A stretch of 64,000 nucleotides of DNA from Cyanophora paradoxa CCMP329 (taxonomy: Eukaryota; Plantae; Glaucophyta), in the NCBI GenBank assembly GCA_004431415.1, contig QPMI01000599.1, positions 62,001-126,000 of the forward strand. Direction: 5' to 3'. The notes beneath the pieces were generated by a model. That model searched no databases. It was not told the DNA's origin and saw only the letters and a list, made by a program, of their open reading frames with translations. Numbering within the stretch: position 1 is the first letter of the stretch; each line of letters begins with the position of its first letter. Below are positions 13,331-26,146 of this stretch, piece by piece. A program made the translations under genes and the position numbers.

Positions 13331-14336
13331 CGGAACTGGGCCCGTGGGCAGCCTCCGACAGCATCAGCCCGTCATCTTCGGCGACCAGCAGCGATGCGCA
13401 CGCATCGCTAGTAGCTCTAGAAGATCTTCTCAGTGCCGATCGGCGACCCCCGCGCACCGGCGGGCCCGGATCGGCGTGCGAGCGATACGCACACAGCGAT
13501 CAGCCTCAGCGAGCCGCCAGGCTCTCCGTCAGCGCACCGGAAACGTAGAACTAGCTCTGGAGAACCGATAAATGCGGTTGGACGCGCCCTCCCGTCGCCC
13601 TCGCCGACGGACGCCGCAGATCTTGTCCAGATCCCCGAGGGACAACCTCGACGCCCATGCCCGTACGCGCGCCCGGCCGCGCCGCGCCGCGCGTACGGCC
13701 TCGCGCAGATGAGAGAAGACCTTTACGACGACCGGCGACTGGCGAGCCTCGCCCTGGACCGAGGCGTGCATGAGTCTGGTCGATCGGCCGTGCTGGCTCT
13801 CGCTAGCCTTGCACTCCGAGCCCAGCGCTTCGCGCCGGAGTTCTTCACGGCCTGTGCTGGCGCAGCGCACGCGCACGGCCCTCGGGGTGCGCGCCTGGCC
13901 CTCGCCCTTGGGATTTGATCTGCTGGGGTCGGCAGATTTGATCTTGGCACTGGACGCGTACGGGCTCGGACCTCGCCTGCGCCGCGCGCGCCCCACTAAG
14001 CGCGGGCGGTCGCTGGCCACCTATAGAGAGCCAGGCGAGCCGCTCGCCCGCAGATCCTTCAGCGGATCTGGAGGAGACGTGGGGGCAGCCGCGTGGCTTA
14101 GCCTGGCGCCCACGGCCGCGGGCTGAGGTTCTGGCTCAGCGCGGTTACGACGGCCAGAACTTAGTCCCGCGGAACCAGGAACGCGCGCGAATACCGAGGG
14201 ATCCCCGTCCCGATCGGATCGTCGCCGTTTCCTGAGCGAGCTGCGTGCGAGCCCGTGGGTGCATTCCCGATCGGTCGCCAGTCACTCGCCGCGACGCCAG
14301 CCTTCTCCGGCTGCTGCGATCGTGCTGGACAAGATC

Positions 14337-14432
14337 GAGTGGACCGGATCGAGAACTGAGGCCGCGCGCCCGAGTTCCTTCCGGCGAGTGGACCGGATTG
14401 AGAACTGAGGCCGCGCGCCCGAGTTCCTTCCG
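14337..14432 (+). repeat. 49-bp tandem duplication inside the LTR element
   Basis: GAGTGGACCGGAT(C/T)GAGAACTGAGGCCGCGCGCCCGAGTTCCTTCCGG at 14337 and 14386. Confidence 0.9.
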
Positions 14433-17400
14433 GGCGAGAGGAAGAGCGATCGGATCGATGGCTGAGGCGTGCGCGCCCGAGCTGTCTCCAGAATCGCCGC
14501 AGCCGAGCTTGCTCGCCGCTGCTGTGGACCACGACGGCCTCGGATCTCGAGTGAGGCACATTCTCTCACGGACTAGCGTGGCTTTACGCCGTCGCTTGAC
14601 CTGAGAATGCCCTCAAGACCTGGAGCTCAAGTGGCCCGACTGCAGAGCGGACCCACCTGCTGCCTCGCGCGCAGGCAGGGCCCTCTTGCCCCGCCATGGC
14701 CAAGATCTCGAGCTAGAGAGCATTAGCCTTCCCTTGGCTGATGCTTCTCTCGGCCTCCACTCTTGATCATGAGCGCCTGCACGCTGGCCATGGCCTCGGA
14801 TCCGACGTACACAACGCCACGGTGACGGTGATGCATTCGGCACCAGCGGCACACATGTACACATCGAATGTCGACGCAAGGCCCAAGCTTGGTTAAGCTG
14901 AAGGCCTAGCTCTGATCATGAGACGTGGTCTCACTTCAAGAGCTTGAGACGTGAAGCGATATCGATAGCGCGGCCCTCAGAGGCTCGAGCCGCTTTATCT
15001 TTCGAATTCCGCCGTGCACAGCTATGCGCTAGCCGTCTGCCTCGAGCTCATGATCAAGCTTGCGGCAGCTAGCGCTGCAGCTGGCTGGTACCTGGCACAC
15101 CGTGACACCTTCTCTCGCGAAGCACCGCGGACGGTGCTAGCAAGAAGGGGGAGTGACGCCATGATCATGATGGCAAGCCGCGGCAGTACCGCATGCGTAT
15201 ACGTATGCACGGTACGCGAGCTGCTGATCATGATCATGCATATGATCATGCGTATGCAAGATCACGAGCTCGAGCTGCAAAATCGAATTAAAACGCGCCC
15301 TGCAACGCCTCCCCCGCGAGCCGCTGAGCTCGCCGAGCTCGCCACGTCTGCCGGGTTCGCGAAGGCCCAGGCCCCCCCGCCACGTGCAAACAGGCGCGGC
15401 CGCGGGCCGCCCTAGGGCCTGCGGCCAGAACGCTTCGCGCCGACGGTGCCTGGGCCAGCCCCGCCGCCTCAAGCTCCGAAGCAACGAGAGCTGGGCCCGG
15501 CCCCCGCCGTTGAGGAGCGCGAAATTCCCTCTGACGAGGGGATGCCCGACGACCCCGGCCCGGGACGCTCCGGGCGAGGCCGGCGACGAGTCGCCGCCTA
15601 GTGGGCCCGCCCCGCCGGACGCCTGTGACACCAACGACTTTCCCCTCGCGCTTGCCGAGGAAGTCCCCAATTGCAAGCGCTCAGAGACTGGACCTCGTTG
15701 GTGGGGCGCTCAAGGGTTCGCCGAGCCGCGGCCCCTGCACCCCGACGAGATCTTTCCCCGCGGCCCTGCCCTGAGGTGGCAGCCGGCGCCCCGGCCCGGG
15801 ACGAGTACAACACGCGCCACTGGCGCTCGCCGGCCGATCCCGAGGACCGGCTGACTCCCGATCGATATCCGCATCGGGCGGAAGCCGGAGTTCCGGGGTC
15901 TGCCAGGCCAGCCCATGGCCGGCGCCCTGCACATGGCACCGGACACTGAGTTTCACTAAGTAAGCTCTGGGTCGGACGGCATTGGCCGCCTCGAACGCCC
16001 AGCGGCCAGCTGTAATTTGGGCCCACTTCCGGCCCCGGGCCGGCCGGCCGCAAGGCTAAGCTCTAATGTCGGCCCCGGCCGATTGCAACTGGCATCCGGC
16101 TCCAATCCGGCCGCTATCGCCGCTTTGGAATCCGCAGTGCTGAATCGCATATCGAGCTACCAGCCGGCTTGGCGACCGGTGGTTAGAGCCTCGAGCTCAG
16201 AACTCGAGCTCAAGGTCACGCACCAGACGCTCGCGAGGGCCAGAGCTGATGCCCTGATGCCGGGCCACGCACGATCGGCGAACCCCATCGCGATTGCGAC
16301 TGCCAGCCTCGGAGCTGCCAGGCTGCGCGACTGCAGTCGCGATCGAGAGCCAGGCTGAGCGTTTAGTTTTCGCAGCAAGCTCCTTTGGGGCCTTGAGTGC
16401 GAAATTGGGAGATTTACCCCGCACGAGCTTCAAGCTCGGATCAGGGCCGCCAGGCCTCGCAACCGGCCCCTAGGCCTGTCCGACGGTCTTCCCGCAGCAC
16501 TGCGTGCTGCATTCGGGAGCGCCGGTCGGCATCCTGAGGCCTTGATGCTCGAATCCGAGCCGCCACCCGACCAGGCCTGGAGCTAGAGGCCCGGCCTGCA
16601 CTTCTGAGGCTCGTCGAGCCTCGGAGAGTGGCGCGTTTCACGCACAGCCGGCCCATGCGGCCCCTGAGCTCGAGGTTCACCTGGCTACCTAGCCTGGGCC
16701 CCATGGTCCTCGAGCTCGAGCCTCGGCGGCGATATCAACTGCGGATTCGAGCTCGAGAGGCGAGCTCCGACCCGCGGCTCGAACCGTAATCACGCCGTCA
16801 CGAGCCCCAGGCTCGAAAGGGGCCCGAGTTGCTGAGGCTCTCTGCCTACAGCTGTCGCAAAAAGCGCAAGACGCCCCGCAGTCGGGCCTGGCCCAAGATT
16901 GAGGGCGCCGCGCGGCGCACCTCTCACTGCGAGCCAGCACCTGGCCTGGCCTGCTCGATGCAAGCTCTCAACTCCGGATCCCGAGGCTCTCCGATCCGGA
17001 CTGGAAGCTATCAGACCTAGATCCGGATCTGCCGGGCCGGACCCCGAAGCTCACGCTGCTTTTCGAGCGAGACGTCGGCGCTCTGGGCCCCGGTTGACTA
17101 AGCCTCGGAGCAAGCCGCCACTGTGCCAGCTCGAACGCCCGGCGGCCCGCCCGGCGCGGCGCCTCGCGATCGAGCTCGAGCTCGCTTCCGAGCCCTGGAT
17201 CCGGTTATGGGTCGATTTCGGCCCTCATGATCAGGGCCTGCTGGCACTGCGAACTTCGGAATTCGGCTCCCGCCGTTGCCGCTGCGTGCACGCAGACCGA
17301 GCTCATGATCAGCCGCGAGCTGAGGGCCGGAAGTCACGTGCATGAGCACGTCCACCACGGCTCAGAGCTGCCCAGCCTCCAAGGCTCCGCGGCTGCTGAG

Positions 17401-20400
17401 CCCCAGGCCCGCGATCAGACCTGCGACTGGCAGTGCCAAGCCTCGCCAGGCACAAATTCGATGCCGTCACGGCGTTTCGGTCTCGGCCGCCGACACCCGC
17501 CGGTCCCGGTCTCGGCCGCCGGGCCCCATCGAATTACGATCAGCAACTCGCCCTCGCGGTTGCCCTCGCGATCGCCTTCCCGGTCAGGGATCGCGATCGC
17601 CGAGCTGCCGTTCGCATCGCCGAACTGCCGTTCGAGGTGGCCCGGCCCCGGCCCCACGGCCAGAGGCGCGATTGCGAAAATGTGCAGCACGCCCGGACCC
17701 GGTGTGCTTGTCACAGCACACCGCGGCACGATCCGCAGCGCAGCTGTCACAGTGTGCGCGATCGGTATACCAATCCTCAAATCGAACCCCATGGCTGATC
17801 TCGCGTGCTGCGACGTCGGGATCCTTCGAGTTCCCGCGCGCGCGTCCAATGCCGTGCCTCACGATCGATATCGGCCTGCGGCCCCCAGGCCTCGGCCCTG
17901 TATCTCGCGCCGCTACGAGCCTCCAGAGGCCTGAGAACAGCGTCTCTCGCGCCGCTGCGAGCAAGGAGCGCTGCAAAGCCGGGTCACAGCCCTACGCCGA
18001 CCCGGGTGACCGATCGCAAAATCGCGGGCCTTGAATTCGAACTTCGAATTCCGAAGTTTCAACCCGGCCTCGGCCTCCGATCCGTGAACGTGGGATCGCC
18101 CTCGGCTCGAGATCGAAGCTGGTCACGTGTACGTACACGCTTACGACAGCGCCGTGCACGCGGCACGGCGCCGGCCCGCTGTCGACGTCGACGTCGCGAC
18201 CGCCTGCCTCGTGACCTCGAGCTCGAGCCTCGGAGCCGCTGAGCCCGTTGAGTCTCGCCCTCTCTCAGAGGCGGAGGCACCCGGCCCGGCCCCAGGCATC
18301 ATGGCATATTGGCTCTGCCCCCCCACCCGCACCGCGGCGGCTGGTGGGCGCAGATCGTGATCGCACGGCCATGCGAACGCCTGTAAATATTCAAGCCGAT
18401 GCGTATACGGCCCTCGCCCCTCGGCCCGAGGCCCCGCAGTCCACGGCCAGCTTGCAGCTGAGCCCTGGATCCGGAGGTCCTCTGCCGCTAGCTGCGGTCC
18501 CTAGCCTCGAATCCAGGGGACGGGCTTAGCCCGCGATGGGCGCTTGCAATGCCTGCGAACAGCTGGCGGCTGCGTCCCGGAGGCCCTGCCCTCAGCCTGG
18601 CAGGGCCCGAAGCTGACAGCGGCACCCGCGCCCCGCGCCGAAGCGTCAAATGCGCCTGGCGCCCCGATGCGCGGGCGCCTCGCGATCGCCGACATCGTGC
18701 CACGGTGGTCTCGTTGCCCACCGTTGAACGGTTCAATTAAGCCAATTCCGAGCCCGGCCAGTGAACGAGCCTCGGAGCTCGGGCACACTGCGCTTCGAAT
18801 TCGCCTCAAGCCGCCTCTTATCTGGCCCGCGGCCAAGGCGAGCTTGAGCTCACGATCAGAGTTACGCTAGCTCGCTCGGATTTAAACCCAGAGCCCGCTG
18901 CACGCGCTCCAGCCCGCCCGTGGCTGCCGTGCACGTGCCTGGCCATGCATATGGGGTCCGATGACCCGCGAGAATCCGATAATCGAGATCCGTCAATTCG
19001 CAATCGTTGCCCCGATTCAGGGTGCCGGCCTGCGAATTTGGATCGCAAGGAACGACTATCCGATGATCGCGAGCCTCGCGATCGGATTTGGAGCAGCTGC
19101 GATCGCAGGCGGCCCTCGGCCCTTTTGAGGTCTGAGGTTGCCCGGGCTCGCAGCTCAGGCTCCCTTCTGCCAGATCTAGACCGTCCCCACCGCCGGGCCG
19201 GCACTGCGGAAGCCGTGCCCGTTCGATATCGCGAAAATCCGATAATCGGGACCGGACTAAAGATTCGCGATCGAATATTCCGAGCCTCGGAGTGCCCGGC
19301 CAGCCCGTATCATAGTATCTGACGGACGGCCCGTCACATTCGAGCCCGCGCAATCGCGAGCCCCGAGCTCGGAGTAGTCGCAATTTCAGGCGGCCCTCGG
19401 CCCTTACCGGGCACGACCCCTCGCGGGCCCCTCGCCCAAGGGCCTCCTCGTCGGCGCCTGCGGCGACCCGCATCGGGATTCCAGCCCCGGCCCACCGGGC
19501 CGCACCGGCCTGCCCCGCGAAAACCGGCACGGCCACGAGCCCAGCGAAATTCGCTGCAAGCCTAGGCCCCGCGAGTGTCCGCGTCGCGAATCCACGATCA
19601 CGCTCGATCGCTGGACGTCGCAAAGCTGTGAATTAGGGCCTCGCCCCTACGAGAACGCGAATTGTGGCCCCCGGCCCCAACGCGAATCGAAGCTCGCAAC
19701 GGGCTCGACTCGTCCTCCCGAGTTCCGGTGAGGCCGAGGCTAATCGCGAGCGTCAAGCTCGCGACTGGAATCGAATGTCGGGCTCCCACGCGTGGGCCAG
19801 CGCTACAACGTACAGCGGGCCCCAGAGCCGCTTGTCGAGCCGCGCACGACGTCCTGGCTTTTCACGGCAGTATGCCCCGTGAAGTCTTTGCACGTGCAAT
19901 CGCGTGGCCGCGGACGCGGACACCGATCGCGAGCGCCACAAATATTCAAGCCGCAGCCACCATGGCCAGCGGGAATAAAGGCTGCAACCGTGAAACAAAA
20001 CTAAACGGCTAGCCCTACCTTGCATAAACCGCGTGCACGTGCACGTGTGTGTTGCAGGCGCGGGTCTCAGCCCCGGCCAGGCCCACAGCATATGCATCGA
20101 TATCGCGACCGGATATCGGATGCAGCCGCGGAGCAGCCGCGCTGAGCGCCGCGAAAAAAATTCGAAGCCTGAGCACTTATGCGGTAGCTTTCTCAAAGAG
20201 GCTGCGCACACGGCCCCGTGGCTCGGGCTCCTCGCTGTTACGGCCGTGGCACCGGATCGACTCGCGAAACGATCGCGAACGGACGATCGGCTGCGCTGAA
20301 CAGCGCCCGGCTCTCTCTGCCAACGCCGGCACGCCGCTCGGCTAGCGCTGATGAGGCGCTGTAATGGAGCGCCGTGCTACAGAGCGCCGATCCAGCTATC

Positions 20401-23400
20401 GAATGTACGGTCGCGATTTGCAGCGGCATACATTCGCGCGAGCACTCCGAGAACGGCGCTGGCGATGCCCCCGCCAAGGGCAGCGCTAGCTCGAAAAGAG
20501 CATTGCCGCCGCCCTGAGCCGGAACCTGTGCACCACTTCGCCAAACCCGGCGACGCTGCAGCTGGTGCTGGCTGCGGGCATTTTTCGCACCGTAGCGCAG
20601 CCTTCAGGGCTCGCAGCCCGGCCCGCGAAATTTACACGCGACCGCACGGCGGCAGGCCCAGGCCTCGGCACGGCCGCTCGCCGCCAAGCCTGCGCACGCG
20701 GCCTTCAGCCCAACCCGCCTTGCGGCACGTTCATGCCTCGACCTTCCGCTAAAACGCGGTGGGAGAGAGAATGAGGCAGGGAAGACTGCATGAGCTGCAG
20801 AAATCGTAATTCGCTACCGAGCGAAGCGAACCTGTCGACCGCACTGCGGCGCCCAAATTCGAAAGCATCGCAATTCGAATTCGGAATTCAATGATTCGGG
20901 ACCGTGGGCGCGGCGCCGGATCCGATGATCCCCAGCCCGTTCTCGATCTGCGCGGCAGCGAGCCCTAGTGGCTGGCCCGTGCGCAAGCCGGAAAGCCGTT
21001 CCCGCCTAGCTGGTGGAATCTGCCGGCTTCCGGAAGTTCACACTCCGGAACACCCGCCACGGCCAACGAGAGACAGCGAGCAAAAGCCGCTGAGCTTCAT
21101 CGTCTGCTCTCTCAAAAGCCGCCACGGCCCACTGCAAGACAGCGAGCAAGAGCTCTATCGTCAGTTCTCTCGAGAGCACCGGGGCCCGGCCCCCGGTCCG
21201 CTAAGGGAACGCTTGCGATCGTGCATGATATCGTCGGCACGATATTGACGCTCGTATGCACGAGCACGGCTCCTGCAACCGGCCGCTACCGGTCCCGCTC
21301 CTGCAGCTGGGAACCAATCGCGTCGGTTGCACGCCGCGGCGCCCACCTGCCGATCCCTGTGGCGCTGCTACACTACGTATGGCGGCTGGCGCCCAGCCAT
21401 CAATACCACGTGCACGGCATGCGCAGCCGCGCCCTGCACACGCACTTGTGCCCGGCGGTCGCAGTGCACGCCCGTGGCCGGCTGCCGCGGTGGCGAGGCC
21501 GTCACGGCGCATGCCAGCGGACGTGAGGGCGCCCGCGTGCACAATCTTCGCGCCGGACGTTTCCCGGGCCCTCTAGATCTGTGCATGCGAATCACTTCGC
21601 GTCGCCACGAAAATTTTGCAGCACTAGAGTGCGGCAATTTAATTTCGCGCCCACGTGTGCGTGGCCATGCCCAGTGGACCGGCCCTTGCACGGCCCTTCG
21701 GCCAAGCATATGCATCATCCTCAGCCTCAGACCAGCCGCTGAGCCTGGTTCTGACGCTTACTAAAGCGGTCACGGCTCTTGCGACCCACCGAGTCCGACG
21801 GTCAACCTCGATCTCGCGATTCCGCCCCGACGCCGCGCGCGGCTCGGAACCGAGATGAAGGCTACGCGTACGCGGCCCGCTCGAGAAGGCCAGACCGCCG
21901 GACCGCGCACGCACGGCCGATTTCGTACCTCTCGGCTCGCGAAATTTCGCGAGGGCCCAGCATGGCGAAAGTCGTCGATTTTCGCTGGCGACCCGCCGGC
22001 CGGGCTCTCGTCCCGAGCAGCGGCGCGGATTTTCTCAAATTCTGCCCCGCAACCCGGACCATCGGACGTTCGCGCATACCAAGCCACGCGGGCCCGGCTG
22101 CATGCAGCTGGCGCTCCTGCGAGCGAACGAGTTCGACATAGCTGTCAAATTCATTTCGCGCTGGGCGGTGGCGACCCGGGATCTTATTCCCGGCAGTGGC
22201 GCACCCACCGTCACCAGCTTCATTCACTGAGGCCGCTCCCATAAATCTGGGTGCTGGCATGGCGCCCCGGCGCCTGGCCTAAAAACCGCGAAAAGCGGCA
22301 ACACGGGCCAACAGACACGAGCATACACAGCCGAGCGCTATATATGCAACATCGTGTTTCGGAAGCTCGGCCCAGGCCTTGAGCCGATCGACGACCGCTC
22401 GAGACTCGAAGCTCCGAGGCTCGATGCCCTCGTGCTCGACACGACTGGCGTCCGATCGAATCGCGAAATTCGAACGGCGGGCACTGCAGTGCGATTGACT
22501 CGCGATCGGCACAATCGTGGCCGGCCGACGCAATGGCTCAGTTGCCCACAACTCAATTCAAATCGAAGCCAGCACCCATTCAACCTCGCTCTGGCCCCGC
22601 GGCTCACGCTTGCCCCTCGAGCTCGATTGAGCCCGAATCGAGAGCAAAGCGGCCCGGGACGCCATGGAATACAACGAAAGAAAGACGGATACGGTCGTAT
22701 ACGATCACGCCTCGCCGTGCTTTCTGCCCGCACTCGCGAATTTCTGCACCACGGCCATGCTGTCCTGATCCAATCACGGATCCCAGCGGCCTCAGCGTGC
22801 CAAAATTTTCGCGGAAGACGGTAGAGCACCGGGGACGGTGCTTAACCGAAGAGGGAGTGGCATCGGAGGCAGTTTGCCGTGCTACGGCTTCCGCTCTTCA
22901 GCGGAAGAGGAGTACGTGCACAAGCGCTCGAGCCGAAGGCTGCCTCTTGGCCCGACGCCTGAGCCCCGATCGGCGTATGCCTGCCACGCCCCGACTTCCC
23001 CTCTTCAGTGGAAGAGGAGTCGGGATCATGATCAGACTCGAGCATGCAGTCGACGTCGCGCCTAGACCTGCTGTGGAGCAGTTCGCCCCAGCGCGCGCTG
23101 CCGTCTGCAGGCTGATCGAGCACAAGCGAGCGAACCTAGCCAACCGCCTTGAGGTCTCCTCACACGGCGGCTCGCCGGGATCCAGGTCTCGCCGTTGGCG
23201 AACCACATTCCGCCTCCGAAACCCATCGGTGGCGATGCTACTGGGGCTGATGGCCCTCAGGCCCTGTTGTTACGTGCACAGCCAGTGACCGTGTCCGGAA
23301 CGGACTGGCAAGTGCTGTTTCGACAGAGCTTGAGAGCCCAGCTACGGCCAGTGCACTCGCTTACACTACTCACCGATGCGGCCTCCTAAGGATCGGAATC

Positions 23401-25345
23401 GGATCTCAGCAGCCGACTGCACGCCGTGTCGCGGTCTGGCTACGCACAGAACACGAATTCGAATTCGGATCCCCGATCAAGGGACCTGAATCTCTGAAGG
23501 ATTCGCCGTTCGTCAGCTTCGCCTGATCGCCTGGTATTGGGATGCGATCGAAACGAGCCCACGGCGAAGGCTGGCGAATCGGTCGCAAATCCGAGGGTCT
23601 CGGCACCGCGAATATGCAGTCTCGCGGATCGCTGCAGAACCCCTTCCCGTGATCATGACCCGCCAAGCTCGCCAACGAGCCTGGCTGCGGCCGGATCCCA
23701 GGAAGACCAGGCCGAGGGAAAGACTGATGGGATTCGCGGCCAGCACGCGCGCCTTCGATTGACGGCCGCGTCTAGCTGGAGCGTCGACACCTGGCTTCAT
23801 CGCCAGCAGCTGAGCGCTGCGATGTCACGCACGTCGCGAACGTGAGGGCTCGGTCTCGGGTCCTCGCCCCATCTCTCGCCCCAGGCCACACTCAACGCCA
23901 GTACCAGCGTACACTGATGTACGTCCGCCAAGGGACCCGGACCTCCTCCAGGGAATCCCGTGCCGCGGCTCTACGTACACGCGTACACTGCTGCCCTCAT
24001 GATCACGCCGTAGCGCGTGCTTGACGGCCTGGCGTATGCTTCGCGAGCTCCAACCTTGCACGCTCCCACCGACAGTCGCGAAGGGCCGCTCGCCCGCGAT
24101 CAGCTGAGGCGTTGAGCTCGGCAACTCGCACGTCGGCCTCGTGATCCAACCACGAGGGTGCAGCTGCTGAGCTGTGCACCCTGTGGTCCCAGCGATCAGA
24201 ACTGGGGGCCGCGCGGATTGGACCCTGCACTGCAAGCTGCGCGACCTTTACAGGAGCGCCGAAGCAGTCACGGGATCGTCGAAGCATTTCTACCCTCCGA
24301 TGATGTGCGGCTCAAGGGCTCGTACCTTTATCACGTGCACCTGGTCACGAGCTCGAGCTCGAGACGCACGTGCAAGTGCATACAAGGTCGCCGCTCACAT
24401 CGACGTCGACTGCACGCTTCATAAATTAAATCCACATCAGCTGCGCCAATGCCGTCCGAGCTCGGATTCAACTACTCCGCTCGACGCAGCTGCACGCTGC
24501 AGCTGGCTGTGGATCGGAAGCCTGCATGTGCAGTCGCGAATCCCGTCTTCATGACGTGCGAAATGGACCTCCTACGAGCCTCAGCAGACCCTACTCCCAA
24601 CCAAACGTCCCGAACCAAATCTATACCTTGCCCCATACGTCGGCGCCGAGGGTTCCTGTGTGGGACGCCGAGGGCGACGCTAGAGATGAGAAGAGACGGA
24701 CGCAGGGCAGATTTCTTTGCCAGCTTTGCCTCAACCCTGACTTGCGAGGTGGGACGCGATTTGGTTGGGGGACCGTTCGCGGGCGCCATCTGGGTCTTTC
24801 GTTCACTTTTCTGGGACATGGGCCCGGCGCTCGTGGAGAGTGTCCAGGTGTTGGCCTGCTGGGCGCGTGCGAGTCTCTTGGGGGGACTGGGCGCTTGCGA
24901 GTAGGGGCACCTGGACGTGCCCTGTCCTTTCGTTGGGCCTGATGGGCGGCCCGAATACCTCCTCGCTGGTTTCTTCCCGAGGCGGTGAAACTTCCCATCC
25001 GTGCCACTCTCCAGCGGCCCTCGCCGTTTGGGGTGAGTTTGGGCCAGCGTTTACACCTTCCGAGTTTTTATGCTTTTCCCTTTCGAGCTTTCCCGCATGC
25101 ACGCATTTGCCTCACCTGCCATGCCTTGCATACGACCTGGACGGGATCGATCTACAGCTACCTGGCCTTCTACCTGGCCTGCAGCTGTATGCATTCCTGT
25201 CCCCGGGCCGTGGCTCAGGTTCCTCGTCTTGGGGCCTTTCGGTGCCCTCGAGCGGTGCACCCATCGGCGGTGTTGGGGACGCCCTCTTGCGGTTATGCCG
25301 ACTGGAGTCACGGTTTGACTTGCTACGTCGCGCGGACGCGACGTC

Positions 25346-25358
25346 AGCGGAAGAGGAG
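25346..25358 (+). other. Polypurine tract
   Basis: AGCGGAAGAGGAG ends 1 nt before the 3' LTR and orients the element on +. Confidence 0.8.
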
Positions 25359-25359
25359 T

Positions 25360-25641
25360 TGTCGCCTGGCTCGATTCCCAGGCCTTGCGGTGACTTAGTG
25401 ACTAGAGCTAGTTGGTGCCTGACGTAGTCTGGGTGGCTTAGCATAGTCTCTCTTCCTGTAGGCTTACCTCTCGGTAGCCTACGCTGGCCTGCCTCTACCT
25501 GTCTTAGGGGTACAGAGTCAGTAGTCTTCCGGGTACACAGTGAATACACCAGCCTGCATCTACAGCTGCTCCAGCACAGGGAGCCGGCCCCGCGCAGTAC
25601 TGCGCGGTGCCTAATCGGGTGGGAATACCTCTCATCCGACA
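25360..25641 (+). repeat. 3' LTR
   Basis: 282 bp, TG...CA, followed by the TATAT duplication. Confidence 0.95.
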
Positions 25642-26037
25642 TATATGGCCATGGCCATTTGCAATTGGCGCCGTAGCCGGCGGCGCGGCGCCACCACGGA
25701 ATCACAAGACTCACGTTCACCGTGGCACCAGTATACTGTGATAGTCTTCAATCCCGACGTTCGCGAACGTCGGACGATCGACCAAGCCGCCGAAACTTCT
25801 CGTCGAGGAGCTGGATCTGACTCGACGAGATCTGCCTGGCGTCTGCTAGCCCTTTGTAGTTCTGCGCACCAGGCTGCCGCAGTGCCTTAGCTGCTTCGGG
25901 ACAGCGCGTTTGTGGTGGCGTCATGTACATGTACCCCGGTACGGTCCCGCTGTGCGGGATGCCGCTATCGACCCAGCTGATCATGATCATGAGGTCCAGA
26001 TGTTGCTGCTTACGTGTGCAATCACAACGCGACGTGT

Positions 26038-26146
26038 GGCAGCTGCGCGCGGCAGTTGCGGCAGTTGCGCGGCAGCTGCAGTTACGCGTACGTTACGCGG
26101 CAGTTGCGCGGCAGTCGCGCGGAAGTCGTACATTGCGCGGCAGTTG
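26038..26146 (+). repeat. Degenerate short tandem array of GCGGCAGTTG-like units
   Basis: About 7 copies of (GC)GCGGCAG(T/C)TG within ~110 bp. Confidence 0.75.

Larger units (their letters stand above)
13035..25641 (+). mobile_element. LTR retroelement, 12.6 kb, apparently non-autonomous (LARD-like)
   Basis: Two 282-bp direct repeats bounded by TGTCG...CGACA. 5-bp target site duplication TATAT at 13030-13034 and 25642-25646. Purine tract immediately before the right LTR. No long ORF or RT/IN motif seen inside. Confidence 0.95.

Noticed and set aside
13433-14126. Possible gag remnant just inside the 5' LTR
   Set aside because: The position fits, but the ORFs are short, in different frames and lack any diagnostic motif.
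23020-25340. Possible antisense ORF or integrase remnants near the 3' LTR
   Set aside because: Only short interrupted frames; no HHCC, DDE or chromodomain pattern could be supported.
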